Below are positions 25,721-37,968 of a stretch of 64,000 nt of DNA, one piece after another. The notes below the pieces were generated by a model. The model made no database searches. It was not told the origin of the DNA and saw only the letters and a program-made list of their open reading frames with translations. Positions within the stretch are counted from its first letter, which is position 1; each line of letters opens with the position of its first letter. Source of the stretch: Octopus vulgaris (lineage: Eukaryota); the NCBI GenBank assembly GCA_951406725.2, contig OX597817.1, forward strand, positions 112,716,001-112,780,000, given 5' to 3'. Both the position numbers and the translations under genes were made by a program.

Positions 25721-28413
25721 CTTGCTTTTTCCTCACAGCAAAATATATTCCATATAATTCCAATAGTCTGACCTCTTTTCCCCCTCAGCCAGCTGCAGTT
25801 CTGTAATGAAATGAAGAGCAAGCAGAGGGGAAAATAATAAATAAGCAGTAAAAGTGATGAACGTGTAGCAATGTTTTAAAATCACTATACTTTCATCTGT
25901 ATCAGTTCTTTCTGTATCAAACATGACTTCTTTTTATCAACTACCGATGTTGGGAGGTTTCAAGTTGTGTTGTACTGCAGCTTATAACAATTTTCAAATT
26001 AATTTCTAGCCATGCTCTTAAACAATTTTTAGGTCATAACCTCAAGGGAGAACATGTGGATTTAACAACAAAAGGATTGCAACTTCAACTTGATTCGATC
26101 AGAAACTCTCACAGTTGGTAAATCACTTTATTTTTTCCCCAAGCAAGAAATAACTATATAGCATTCTTCAACAGAGAGCCTCTATATTTTTTCTGACCTA
26201 CTAGAAACATCAACCAAATCACTTTCAGTCCAGATTATGTTCTTTAAAAAGAAAATAAGTTATTTCTAGCAGTTCAAACAACCACATAGAGTAGTTGCCC
26301 ATTGTTGCAAATGGCAAAAAAGGCTGAGAATCTCTTCTTTAACAGAATTATAGTACAAAATTAGCTACTCAAATTATGCATTTGTGTCTAATTTGAACAT
26401 ATTGTCCTAAAACAGTAATACATAACATGGTCTATGTGGACCACAAATGGCTGACCTGAACCACTGTGACTTTCATAAGACTAAGGAAGCCAATAATTTT
26501 AATTTTAAGTCAATCTGAAATCTAAATCAGTTCAAAGTAAATTTGCATGTACCTTATTGCAATACATCATTAATGTTTTTTCTTTATTTAAATTATTTAT
26601 GTATAGCTATGTTGCATAATTACTATTCAAAGGCAAATTTAGTTGTCTTTCAAGTTACTCTCATAAATTTTGTGAACCTCCTTCTAAAAAAGCCAGTACA
26701 TCACTCTCCAAAACTACTGTCCTAAAATGGAATACTTAATGCATTTTAAAGTCAGGTGGAAGTTTGCTGAGGGTCCAATAGTCTCAAAGACTGGCATCTC
26801 TTTTTAAGCCAAAATATACTTTGCCCCACCTCCACCTCACTATCAACTACCAAGCTTCTGCAAAACTCAGGTCAATCTCACAATAGAATAATGCTTCTAC
26901 ATCTGGGACTGTGATATTGCTACATACTCAAACATCCTGGATTACATTTAAAGAAACGCTATTCATCTGACTGGCATGAAGTAATTCGCCAATACATTCA
27001 AATCTGTAGCCTACAGATGCATTGTATGCCCTCTCTACCCATTATACCACTATTACAATGTATTCTGCTTCTTAGAGTTAGCTGGTCTTGTATCACTTCC
27101 ACTCATGCCCTCTCATTTCACATCTTTCCTCTTCTCATCACCCTATCATAGTCATCCTATTCTCAGCCCATACTTGCCACTATGCTCAGTCCATCCTTTC
27201 CAGATTGTCCACCCTCTGGATATCCCTCCAGACATGTGTCTTTCCTGCAGTTATTGATTTACAACAGTTTTAAGTGGAACAATTAATAGCATCAATTTCA
27301 CTGGCTTCAAAGAGATGCTGTATAGGTCATAATGACAGCTCCTTCACCAAACCAAACTAATAATGGTTTCAAATTTTGGCACAAGGTCAGCAATTCCTGA
27401 GGAAGGATTAAGTCAATTATGCCAACCTCAGTACTCAACTGGTACTTATTTTATCAACCCCACCACAAAAATATGAAAAGCTAAGTTGACCTCGGCAGAG
27501 CTTGAACTTAGAATGTAAAGACAGAGGAAATGCTGCTAAGCCCTTTGCCCAAGGTGCTAATGATTCTGCCTGCTCACCAGCCTAAACCAAACTAACAATG
27601 AAAAATAAAGATGTTAAAGGAGTATATTACTTTCAGATTTTGACACAAGGCCAACAATCTAGGGTGAGGGATAGGTTGATTGAATACCCTGGTATTCAAT
27701 TTCCACTTATTTTGCTGACCCCAAAAGGATGAAAGGCAAGTAAAGCAACTAAATAAATTCTTTTTGATGAGTCTAATAGGAAGTAATTTTTAACTTTTTC
27801 TTTCAAACAAGTAGATAGCTTTCTCAGAATTTTCTTTGGAATACATGTTATCTAATGATCGAAGTGGTATTTCTTGGTTCTGTGGATCTTTCTTTTGTGA
27901 AGAATGAGTAAATGAAAATCTAAACTCACTGCAAATTTTGCCATGTTAAAGATACAAAATTTGCAGGAAAGGCTACTTGAGATTATAAGATTTAGTATAT
28001 TCTGTGATTATGTTTTCAGCCTGTAAAGTGCTGTGAATAAGTAGAGAATTGTAATCTATTTTCAGCATGATAATGTTTGTATTCTGGTTTTTGAAATGTT
28101 TTTATATGAGAATCCATATGTTTAACATTTTCTGATATCTAATTTGTAACATGGAAGTGTGGGAGACTTGAATCTCTTGCAAGAAGACTTGTATGTCCTT
28201 CAAGTGTATTCATCAATCAATTTAGTAATCAATTAATTAACTTCAAGTAAGGAAATATCAATCATACCCGATTCATATACTTCAATGCCTTTCCACAGTC
28301 TACTCTGGACCCTTGAATGGATTCTAGTCTAGCAAAGCAAACTTTTAAAACTTTACTTAATTCATCAATAGCCACAGTGTTTTAGCTACTAACACTGGTT
28401 ATCTACACTTATA

Positions 28414-28880
28414 CCATAAATCATCAAGTATAATCCACATTTTTTTCCCAAAATTTAAAGGTCAAAATCCCTAGTGCGTATTATACACAAGGTTAAAAAT
28501 GAAAATTATTTTCTAAGCAATGTTCAAGTCCAACAATATTTATTCAGACGCATTTTGTGATGTCGGGCGCGAAAATACCTTAAATCATCCATAACTTGCA
28601 GTAAGCAACATTTATTAAACGTTATTACTGTTATTTCTTTATTTTCTGCAAACAAAATGCACAAAAATGCTAAACGTTTGCATTATGTTATATATACAAT
28701 AATAATAAAGTACGTTACCATATACATTTTTACAAACCAAGGACGTTATTTAGACCTCCTTGACTCAAGTTAGAGAAGGGGTGCGTATTATACACAAGGT
28801 TTAGATTTTTCACAGGTACAGCCCCCTAAAAATCCCCTGCATATTATACTCAAGGGCAGACTATACTCGAGGATTTACAG
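28414..28880. mobile_element. pogo/Tigger-like MITE with TA target duplication
   Basis: TA|ccataaatcatcaagtataat ... actatactcgaggatttacag|TA (16/21 TIR match); internal repeat gtgcgtattatacacaaggtt occurs twice. Confidence 0.65.
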
Positions 28881-29765
28881 TATTTATTTTTTGATGGACT
28901 GACCCACAGAAAAAGATGAATTTATTTACATAGTCCATTTTGCTGCTCAAATCTTCACCCTAACTGGAATTCACTTCCATTCTCTTTGGATGCATGAGAT
29001 CTTTGTCAGTTTGGGATGTGAAATATTGCTTGCAAACCATTGTTGCTGTTCATTTCTGTTAGCCAATTGTAGTATCTATGGTTGCCCTCTATACATTTGT
29101 ACATCATGTTGTTTTCTTTGATATGCATTCTTATGTGTTGTGAATGTTGTGACTGTAACTTTTGCCCAACATAGCATGCATGGGGACTAAACCAAAACAC
29201 CACTCTGTTGCAAAGTGAGCTTCTTAATCACACAATCATACCAGCACATTCAAACGTTTTATTAAGTCAATAGTGGTTAGAATAGTATTCATGTGGGTGG
29301 GTTTTTTTCTTTTTTTCATTTTTTTTTTTTGTTATTGAAGCAAGCTAGGTTTGTGAGTCATGCTATTTTTGAGAAATGCACAATGATGAGAGTGTTTGTG
29401 TTTGCCAGGTGTTGCTGTGCAGGCATGTTTTTTAAGGTTGTTTTAGTGATGGCAGATTGTGGTGTAACAATTGTTGTTGATCCTACTGATGACTCTATAT
29501 AGTGTTTCACTGTTTGCTTTGTGGTTTATGTTGGAGTCAAGCATTTGCTAATTCTCTGTTTTTCTGTAGTTGTTTCTCTATGTGTGCACATGAACATATA
29601 TATAGAATCACTGATGTAATAAGAGAAGGCAGACTTCACCTGGTGACATTATCAAAAGGGTAGCAACACCAAAATGACTACCTATAAAATTTTTGTGCAA
29701 AAATTTTAGCAAAAATAGTTTATTTATTTACTATTTTGCAAAAAAAAAAAAAAAATAATAATTGA

Positions 29766-30167
29766 TGGTGTAGTTAAGAAGCTCACTTTGGACCATGTGG
29801 TTTCAGGTTCAGTTCCACTGCACATGGGGCAAATGTCTTCTACTATAGTCCTGAGCCAACCAGTGCTTGGTGAGTGAATTTGGTAGATGGAAACAATCTG
29901 GAAGCTCATTATCATATATGTGTGAGTGTGTGTGTGTGTGTGTCTTTATGTCTGTGTTTGTCCCCCACCACTGCTTGACAACCTGTGTTGGTTTGTTTAC
30001 GTCCCCATAACTTAGCAGTTCAGCAAAAAGGGAACGATATAGTAAGTAACAGGCTTAAAGAAAAAGTAAGTACTGGGGTCAGTTCATTTGACTAAGAGTC
30101 CTTCAAGGTGATACCCCAGCATGGCCATAGTCTAATGACTGAAATAGATATATGATAAAAGATAAAA
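29766..30167 (+). mobile_element. tRNA-derived SINE (family A), older copy
   Basis: Same head, (TG)n middle and tail as 20400-20800. Confidence 0.75.
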
Positions 30168-30614
30168 TCTGTATTGAAAACATCTTTATGTACACAAGCT
30201 TAAAGTAAAAATTAGTATTTCATTTTTATTTTCTACTTGTTTTAGTCATTGGATTATGGCCCTGCTGGGGCACTGTTTTAAAGGATTTAATCAAACAAAT
30301 TGGCCCTAATACTTATGTTTTAAAGTTTGATGCTTGTTATATTGCTCTATTTTACTTAACTGGTACGTTATTAGGACATAAACAAATCAACACTGGTTGT
30401 CAAGTGGCGGAAGCCAAACACAACACACACACACCACACAACATGCACACACACACCACACAACATGCACACACACACCACACAACATGCACACACACAC
30501 ATACACACACACATACACACACACACACCACACAACATGCACATACACACACACAACACACGCACACACACACACACAACACACAACACACACACAAACA
30601 CACACACACAACAG

Positions 30615-30945
30615 GTATGAATCTGAAAGTGTATCTTGGGTACTGGACTTCCAAACTCCCTTATCGATGATTTATAAATGTCCTCATTCTCTTGTATTAT
30701 TCTAATCACATTCATGTCCTTAGGGCACCTGATTTCTACAACAAAACATATCTTTTCTTTGTGATCCCACACACCTATATCTGGCCAGTAGTGTTTTAAC
30801 TTGGCTTTTTAATTCATAAGTTACGCCAGTATTTCTCTGACGTATCAATCTCAGTAGGTTGAACTTCATTTGTAGGTATTTTCTTTTTTGATATCCTATT
30901 CCAGACCATTTTGACCACTGCATTGTGCCTCATAGGAAGATAATA
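30615..30945 (-). mobile_element. Non-LTR retrotransposon fragment with restriction-like endonuclease (R4/Dong/CRE-type)
   Basis: KHYWPDIGVWDHKEKICFVVEIRCPKDMNV...IY resembles the KHNRPD...IEI.CP.D.N PD-(D/E)xK motif. Confidence 0.6.
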
Positions 30946-30971
30946 CCTGGAAGAGAGAGAGAGAGAGTGAG

Positions 30972-31001
<30 letters not shown>

Positions 31002-31010
<9 letters not shown>

Positions 31011-31558
31011 TAAGGGTAGAAATTGATATTTATCAATTAAGACCAGTGGTCTAGCATATTAAAAAAGAATCCGAAGATTAAAATATTTATATATACCAAT
31101 TAAGGACTGAACACGAAAAGTGGACAGTCAACATGCTAGATATAGACGTCAAATCGTCATTCACCACAAAAGATTATGTTCTCAGATCAAACTCAACACA
31201 AAACCATAGCAATAAACAAGTGAAAAATATACGAAATAAAATAATTACCCATGTACTAACTTAGTTTCAGCTGTTATTTTCCGCAAGGAAAACTGCAGCC
31301 ATCATCAGCATGGTCCGTTATAAATATAACGGACCATGCTGATGATGGCTGCAGTTTCCTTGCGGAAAATAACAGCTGAAACTAAGTTAGTACATGGGTA
31401 ATTATTTTATTTCGTATATTTTTCACTTGTTTATTGCTATGGTTTTGTGTTGAGTTTGATCTGAGAACATAATCTTTTGTGGTGAATGACGATTTGACGT
31501 CTATATCTAGCATGTTGACTGTCCACTTTTCGTGTTCAGTCCTTAATTGGTATATATA
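31002..31558. mobile_element. Near-perfect 470-bp palindromic element (head-to-head pseudo-LTR) in (TA)n
   Basis: 31088-31322 and 31325-31558 are reverse complements apart from one A/T-run length difference; 2-nt loop. Confidence 0.85.
31334..31397 (+). ncRNA. Type I hammerhead ribozyme motif (mirror copy on minus strand at about 31249-31313)
   Basis: CCAUG CUGAUGA U GGCUG...CAGCU GAAAC UAAGUUA GUA CAUGG. Stem I is CCAUG/CAUGG; stem III is the palindromic ACUAA-G-UUAGU. Confidence 0.7.
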
Positions 31559-31570
31559 TATATATATATA

Positions 31571-31902
31571 TGGCTCAGTGGTTAGAGCGTCGAGCTTACG
31601 ATCGTGAGGTTGTGAGCTCGAATCCCGGACGGGGCTGCGTGTTGTGTTCTTGAGCAAGGCACTTTATTTCACGTTGCTCCAGTTCACTCAGCTGTAGAAA
31701 CGAGTTGCGACGTCACAGGTGCCAAGCTGTATCGGTCCTTGCCTTTCCCTTGGACAACATCGGTGACGTGGAGAGGGGAGGCCGGTATGCATGGGCGACT
31801 GCTGGTCTTCCATAAAAACAACCTTGCCCAGACTTGTGCCTCAGAGGGTATCTCTCTAGGTGCAAACCCATGGTCAGTGCCTGACCGAGAGGGGGTCTTT
31901 AC
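31571..31902 (+). mobile_element. tRNA-derived SINE (family B), young copy
   Basis: ggctcagtggttagagcgtcgagcttacgatcgtgaggttgtgagctcgaatccc head; diverged copy at 33050-33375. Confidence 0.85.
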
Positions 31903-33451
31903 TATATATACTATATATATATATAGAGAGAGAGAGAGATAGAGAGAGAGAAACTCACTGGATATCATTTATCTCAATGAAAACATTCAATTCTAGGAAG
32001 TTTCATGGCATTAGCCTGATTCATAATCAAATCACACTGAACTTGTTCCTATTTTTGTTCAATGATTCGGTTTCAAATTTTTGATTATAGACTGCTTGTA
32101 TAAATCCATTTTCTTTTTATATGAATTTAATTTTAAACATAATGATGATAATAGGAGCTTTTAATTGGTTTTAAAAGTAAAGCTGGTGATTATTTTAACG
32201 GTAAAGTTAATTAATTTGATCTCTAGATCCATGATTTTTAAACCAAGTTGCAGAAAACGGTAATTTCCAATTATATTTATTTAAAATCATTATGCATTTT
32301 TTTCTTTTATGCAAGCAATTGTGTACAATGAGAGGTTATCTCATGTAATAATAAAATTTCATAATGTGCATAATTTTTATGAAGTTTTTAAATATTTTCA
32401 CTTTGGATTTTATTGTTCTCTTACTGCATTTCCACTTTAACATGAAAATATGTAAATGTAAATAGCTTTAGGAAGTGCATATAACATTACAAATTAAAAG
32501 CGTAATATTCATTATGCTAATTGTTTATATCACTCCGTTACATTCAAAATTATACAGGAATCAAAATTTACATGTAAATTGAATTTAAATTTTAGTACAA
32601 GGCCAGTAATTTTGGGGGAGGAGATAAGTTGATTACATTGACCCCAGTGTTCAACTGGTATTTATTTTATTGAACTTGAAAAGATGAAAGGCACAAAGTC
32701 AGCAATAGCAGAATTTGAACTCAGGCTGTAAACCCAGACAAAACGCTGATAAGCATTTTGCCCAGCCTGCTAACAATTCTCCCAGCTCACTGCCTTACAA
32801 TTTACATGTAATATTACTACAAAAATAAACTTTACTTAATATTTACTATACAGTGTATTGCAGGATTGAACTTGGGACTGTGGGGCTGCAAAATGAATAT
32901 CTTAACTATTTAGCCATACTACACCTACATACAAGTATATATAGATATACACACACACGCGTGTTTGTGTGTGTGTATATGTGTGTGTGTGTGTTTGTGG
33001 GTGTGTGTGTGTGAGCATACCTCACTGTATCAACCAGACTATCAGTGAATGTGCATGGCTCAGTGGTTAGAACATCAGGCTCACAATCATGTGGTAGTGA
33101 ATTTGACTCCTGGATCAGGCTGTGTGTTGTGTTCTTGAGCAATACACTCACTCATCTGTAGAAATGAGTTGTGACATCACTGGTACCAAGCTGTATTAGC
33201 TTTTGCCATTCCCTTGGACAACATCTGTGGCATGGAAAGGGGAGGCTGGTATGCATGGGCAACTGCTGGTGTTCCATAAAAACAATCTTGCCTGGGCTTG
33301 TGCCTCAGAGGGGAACTTTGTTAAGTTCAATCCCATGGTCATTCATAACCAAAGGGAATCTTTACCTTTTACCTTTAACCAGACTATCAGATATTGTTAT
33401 ACATCTGTTAGTCTCAGTCTATTTCTTGCATTGTTGAAACTTTTGAATGAT

Positions 33452-35062
33452 GCCACCCTGCTGGCTCAGTGGGGTGACCCTGCGCAGGCTCTGCAGTGAC
33501 AACCATGACTTTGAGACTCAGTCTCAACTCATGGCTCACCACTTCATCCTTCGTGGATATCCCCTTACCACTATCCATACTGCCCTTGCCAGAGCACATT
33601 CTGTGGACCGTGCATCTACTCTCTCTCCCCACACCTGCCCTACCGTCACCCTCCCTCTCCAATTCACCATTCTCTGAGCCTTCAGGTGACTCCAGTCTGA
33701 TCCCCCACTTTGCACATCTTCCCTAACCTACCCCTCCCCTCCTTTAAATGAGCCCACAACATACATGACCTCCTTGTCCACAGTTTCTTCCCTAACCCCG
33801 ACCTCCCAACCCAGCTTGTTCCCTTGCTCCCACCCATGCTGCCACACTTGCCCCTACCTCCCTAACGCCACCATCCTCACAGGCACCTATCATATCACTG
33901 ACTCCTTCACCTGCACTTCTAGCAATGTCATTTACTGCATATCCTGCTCTCTCTGTCCTTCTCTGTACATCGGTTAAACGGGACGCTGCTTGGCTGAACA
34001 GTTCATGGAACACCTCCAAGACATCAGACTCAGCAACAAGAACCCGGTCTCATGCCATTTTTGCTCTACCATTCATTCTTTAAAACACCTGTCTGTCTTC
34101 GGATTGTCCTTGCGCAGGGGCCATCCGGACACCCGTCTTCGCCTGAACAGGAATTAATCTTCTCTCTTTGCTCCTTTACACCACATGGGCTTAACTCCCC
34201 TCCCCTCTTCATCTAACTCCCCTCCTCTTTCCTCTCTTCCTCACACACCTACTTCTTCTCTTCACTCCCACCCAACTCTCCCCTCTTACTCTGACACCTA
34301 CTTCCTCTCTTCACCCTACCCACCTTCTCCCTTCCACCCTCTCCCTTCATCGTCACCCCTCCATCGTTACCCCACCCCTACACTTCCCAACCTCACCATC
34401 ACTATACATCCCATTCCCAACCCCAACCCCACAATTCCACTCTAACATGCCCCACCCCACCCCCATACCCCACTCCCACATACCCCACCCTACCACCAAA
34501 CCCTCACCCCAATCCACACCCACCCATGCAACCCCACCCTCGCATCCCCCACACCCCAACACCATATACCACCTCACCACATCATGCCACACTGCACCAC
34601 ACATCACCACACCACATTGCACCACTCTGCACAAACTAGCATTGACCACTTCCCAGCACCTACACCATACACCACCACACCACACCCCATTGCACCACAC
34701 TGCACATACTAGCACTGACCACTTCCCAGCACCTGCACCATCATCCTCACACACACACATATGCTCTGACATACACACTCATGCAAACCTTCGTTTTGAG
34801 ATCACCAACACTTTATTATCTCCCCTTCCTCCAAGCTCTCCTGTCTGACCACCTCTGTCTAGCCATTGCCATGATTGACTGCTAGCCATTAAAGAGTTTT
34901 TTTTAAATTATTTTCTCTGTTTATTTTCTCATGTTCCTTTCTGTTGAAGAGCGTAGGCTCGAAATGTAAAAGACTTTCTCACTTCCTGAGTGTTAAACTA
35001 ATACACCTGTTTGTTGTTTACACACCTGTCTTTGTCTTTTGTTTTTTTTGTAAATTCCAACT
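33452..35062 (+). mobile_element. 5'-truncated Penelope-like element (Neptune-like) with CA/CT-rich 3' tract and HHR pseudo-LTR
   Basis: LRRLCSDNHDFETQ...RGYP (RT thumb); PCSHPCCHTCPYL...DSFTCTSSNVIYCISCSLCPSLYIG (Cys linker plus GIY-YIG); low-complexity 34190-34850; HHR motif at 34937-34972. Confidence 0.85.
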
Positions 35063-35802
35063 ATATATCTATGTATGTATGTATGCATGTATATCGTGCC
35101 AGTGGCACGTAAAAAGCACCATCCGTTGGTGGCCGTTTTGCCAGCCCCATCTGGCACCTGTGCGGGTGGCACGTAAAAAGCACCCACTACACTCACGGAG
35201 TGGTTGGCGTTAGGAAGGGCATCCAGCCGTAGAAACTCTGCCAGATCAGACTGGGCCTGATGCAGCCTTCTGGCTTCCAGACCCCAGTTGAACCGTCCAA
35301 CCCATGTTAGCATGGAAAGCGGACGCTAAATGATGATGATGATGATAACAGACAATATCTGTCTGTCTGTCTGACTGTATCTGTGCATCACTAAAACTCG
35401 AGTACTACCCAACAGATTTCATTCAAATTTTACACATGCCTTGCTTGGAGTCCATGCAGTGTCATGGGCCAAAATAATTTTCAACTTCTTGCCTAATACG
35501 AGCCCAGAACTCTCTCTTATCTCTTACACTATTTTAGTATTACATGTCAAAATTAAAAATACTTTCACTATGCATATATATATTAGTTTCATTTCTATTA
35601 CTTTCACTGTGATATATTTATGTATTTATATTATGTATATATATGTATGCATGTATATGTATATGTATGTATACATATATCTGTATATATATATATATAT
35701 CATCATCATCATCATCATCATTTAGCGTCCGTTTTCCATGCTAGCATGGGTTGGACGGTTCAACTGGGGTCTGGGGAGCCCAAAGGCTGCACCAGGCCAG
35801 TC

Positions 35803-35866
<64 letters not shown>

Positions 35867-36051
35867 ATGTGTGTTTATATATATATGTATGTATCTATGT
35901 ATAAATATATGTATATATATATATATATGTATATATGTGTATATATATATGTGTATATATATGTGTATATATATATGCATATGTATGAATGTACGTGTAT
36001 ATATATTTATATATGTGTATATATATATATGTATGCATATATGTGTGTGTT

Positions 36052-36095
<44 letters not shown>

Positions 36096-36150
36096 TATAT
36101 ATTATGTATAAATATATGTATGTATATATATATGTATATGTGTATATATG

Positions 36151-36207
<57 letters not shown>

Positions 36208-36209
36208 TT

Positions 36210-36545
36210 GAGTAGTTGAATGAATTATCTTATTAAGGATAATTCGAAAGATAACCGATACCTGGGTAGCAAATTCACATCAGAAAGAACACGGTTGAAG
36301 TTACGTCCCTAGGGCATAGACTATGGGCTACATGCTATGGGCTCCTTGAGAGCAGTCAGCTAAAAGTTTTTTGTGCATTTTGATGTCGACATAAGTTCCT
36401 TGCCTTTCCTGATGAGAAATCTGCATAATGTACTCCTTATTCCTTCGGAATTAGGAATATGCAGCCTTCGAAACATATGTCGAAAATAAAGGAAATTTGT
36501 TAACAAGTCGTTCAACTCCATTCTTTCATATACTTATAATTTTAA
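36210..36545 (+). mobile_element. Short non-coding element between (TA)n tracts carrying a canonical hammerhead
   Basis: About 335 bp of unique sequence bounded by TA microsatellites; contains the HHR listed below. Confidence 0.6.
36405..36485 (+). ncRNA. Canonical-core type I hammerhead ribozyme
   Basis: UUUC CUGAUGA GAA..CUGCAUA...UAUGCAG..UUC GAAAC AUAU GUC|GAAA. Stem I UUUC/GAAA, extended stem II, palindromic stem III ACAUAUGU, predicted cleavage after 36481. Confidence 0.75.
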
Positions 36546-36597
36546 AATATATATATATGTATATATATGTGTGCATTTATTGGCTGAAACTAGATAA

Positions 36598-36636
<39 letters not shown>

Positions 36637-36644
36637 TGTATGCT

Positions 36645-37132
36645 GACCCAACAGAGGGACCAGCTATCCAAATTGACAGTACCTTGGTAGATAAAGCAAT
36701 TAAAGGTATGAAGACAAGAAAAGCCCCCAGCCCATCAGGAATCACCAGAGAGATGCTTAAAATATCTGGCGGTGTCAGCTATAGTTTAGTTACCTCTATG
36801 GTCAACTAGGTGATACATTAATGTGTCATACCCAATGACTGTTGTGGTAGCCCCATAGTCAACTGTTACATTGGTAAAGGTGACACATTAGATACGAATA
36901 ATTACAGAGGTATCAAGTTGTTGGATCAGGTAATGAAAGTCACAGAGAGGGTCATAGCCCAACTAATTAGGGAGAGAGTTAGTCTAGATGAGATGCAGTT
37001 TGGGTTTGTGTCAGGAAAAAGCACAACTGATGCTATATTTCTGGTAAGACAGCTGGAGAAAAAATACCTAGCCAAAGATAAACCTTTGTACCTGGCTTTC
37101 ATTGACATGGGGAAAGCCTTTGACAGGGTCAG
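36645..37132 (+). mobile_element. RTE-clade LINE reverse transcriptase fragment
   Basis: KAPSPSGI..EMLK, KGD...NYRGIKLLDQVMKVTERVI, QFGFVSGKSTTDAIFLVRQL.KKY, LAFIDMGKAFDRV. Confidence 0.9.
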
Positions 37133-37182
37133 TACCATTTGCATATTTATATATTTATATATATATGTTTATATATATAGGT

Positions 37183-37968
37183 GTGGGCATGGCTGTGTGC
37201 TAAGAAGCTTGCTTCCCAACCACATGGTTCTGGGTTCAGTCTCACTGCGTGGAACCTTGAGCAAGTGTCCTCGGCTAACCAAAGCCATGTCAGTGGATTT
37301 GGTTGATGGAAGCTGAAAGAATTCTGTCCTATGTATATATATATATATAAATTAGAGAAAAACCACTATTATGCAATTCAAACAATGACAGAAATAAGCC
37401 AAATTATAAATAAAAAATAAAATATATTTTTTGAAGCATATAACTAGATCACAAAAACTATAAAAATGAATAAACAATATATAATAAGTAAAAAAAACTA
37501 TGTACGTTTCATGGCTATAATTTAAATTCAAATTACAATTAAATCTAAATTTAATCAAAATACAATTCAATTTAAAATTAAAGTCACTCTCCAGGTTAAC
37601 AATAATAACAATAATAGTGGTTTTTCTCTAATTTATATATTATATATTTACATTGTGAAATTTGATTTAATACCAAATTGAATTTTTCCCTGTAAGTTTG
37701 GAGTTATACTCCCTAATATTATTATTATTATTGTATATATATGTGTGTGTGTATGTGTATTTGTGTCTGTGTTTGTTCCCCACGACCACCATCGCTTAGA
37801 AACCGATTTTGGTGTGTTTACATCCCTGTAACTTAGCAGTTCTGAAGAAGGTATTGATAGAATAACCATCAGGCTTACAAAAAATAAGTCCAGAGGTCGA
37901 TTTCTTCAACTAAAATACAGTACTACAGCATTGCCACAGTCAAATGACTGAAACAAGCAACAGAGTAA
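37183..37968 (+). mobile_element. SINE family A split by insertion(s) at about 37345-37735
   Basis: Head at 37183-37330 and tail at 37742-37968 flank an AT-rich insert sitting in the SINE's internal TA/TG tract. Confidence 0.7.

Noticed and set aside
31571-31645. tRNA-like sequence
   Set aside because: It continues into a SINE body and recurs as SINE heads; not a standalone tRNA gene.
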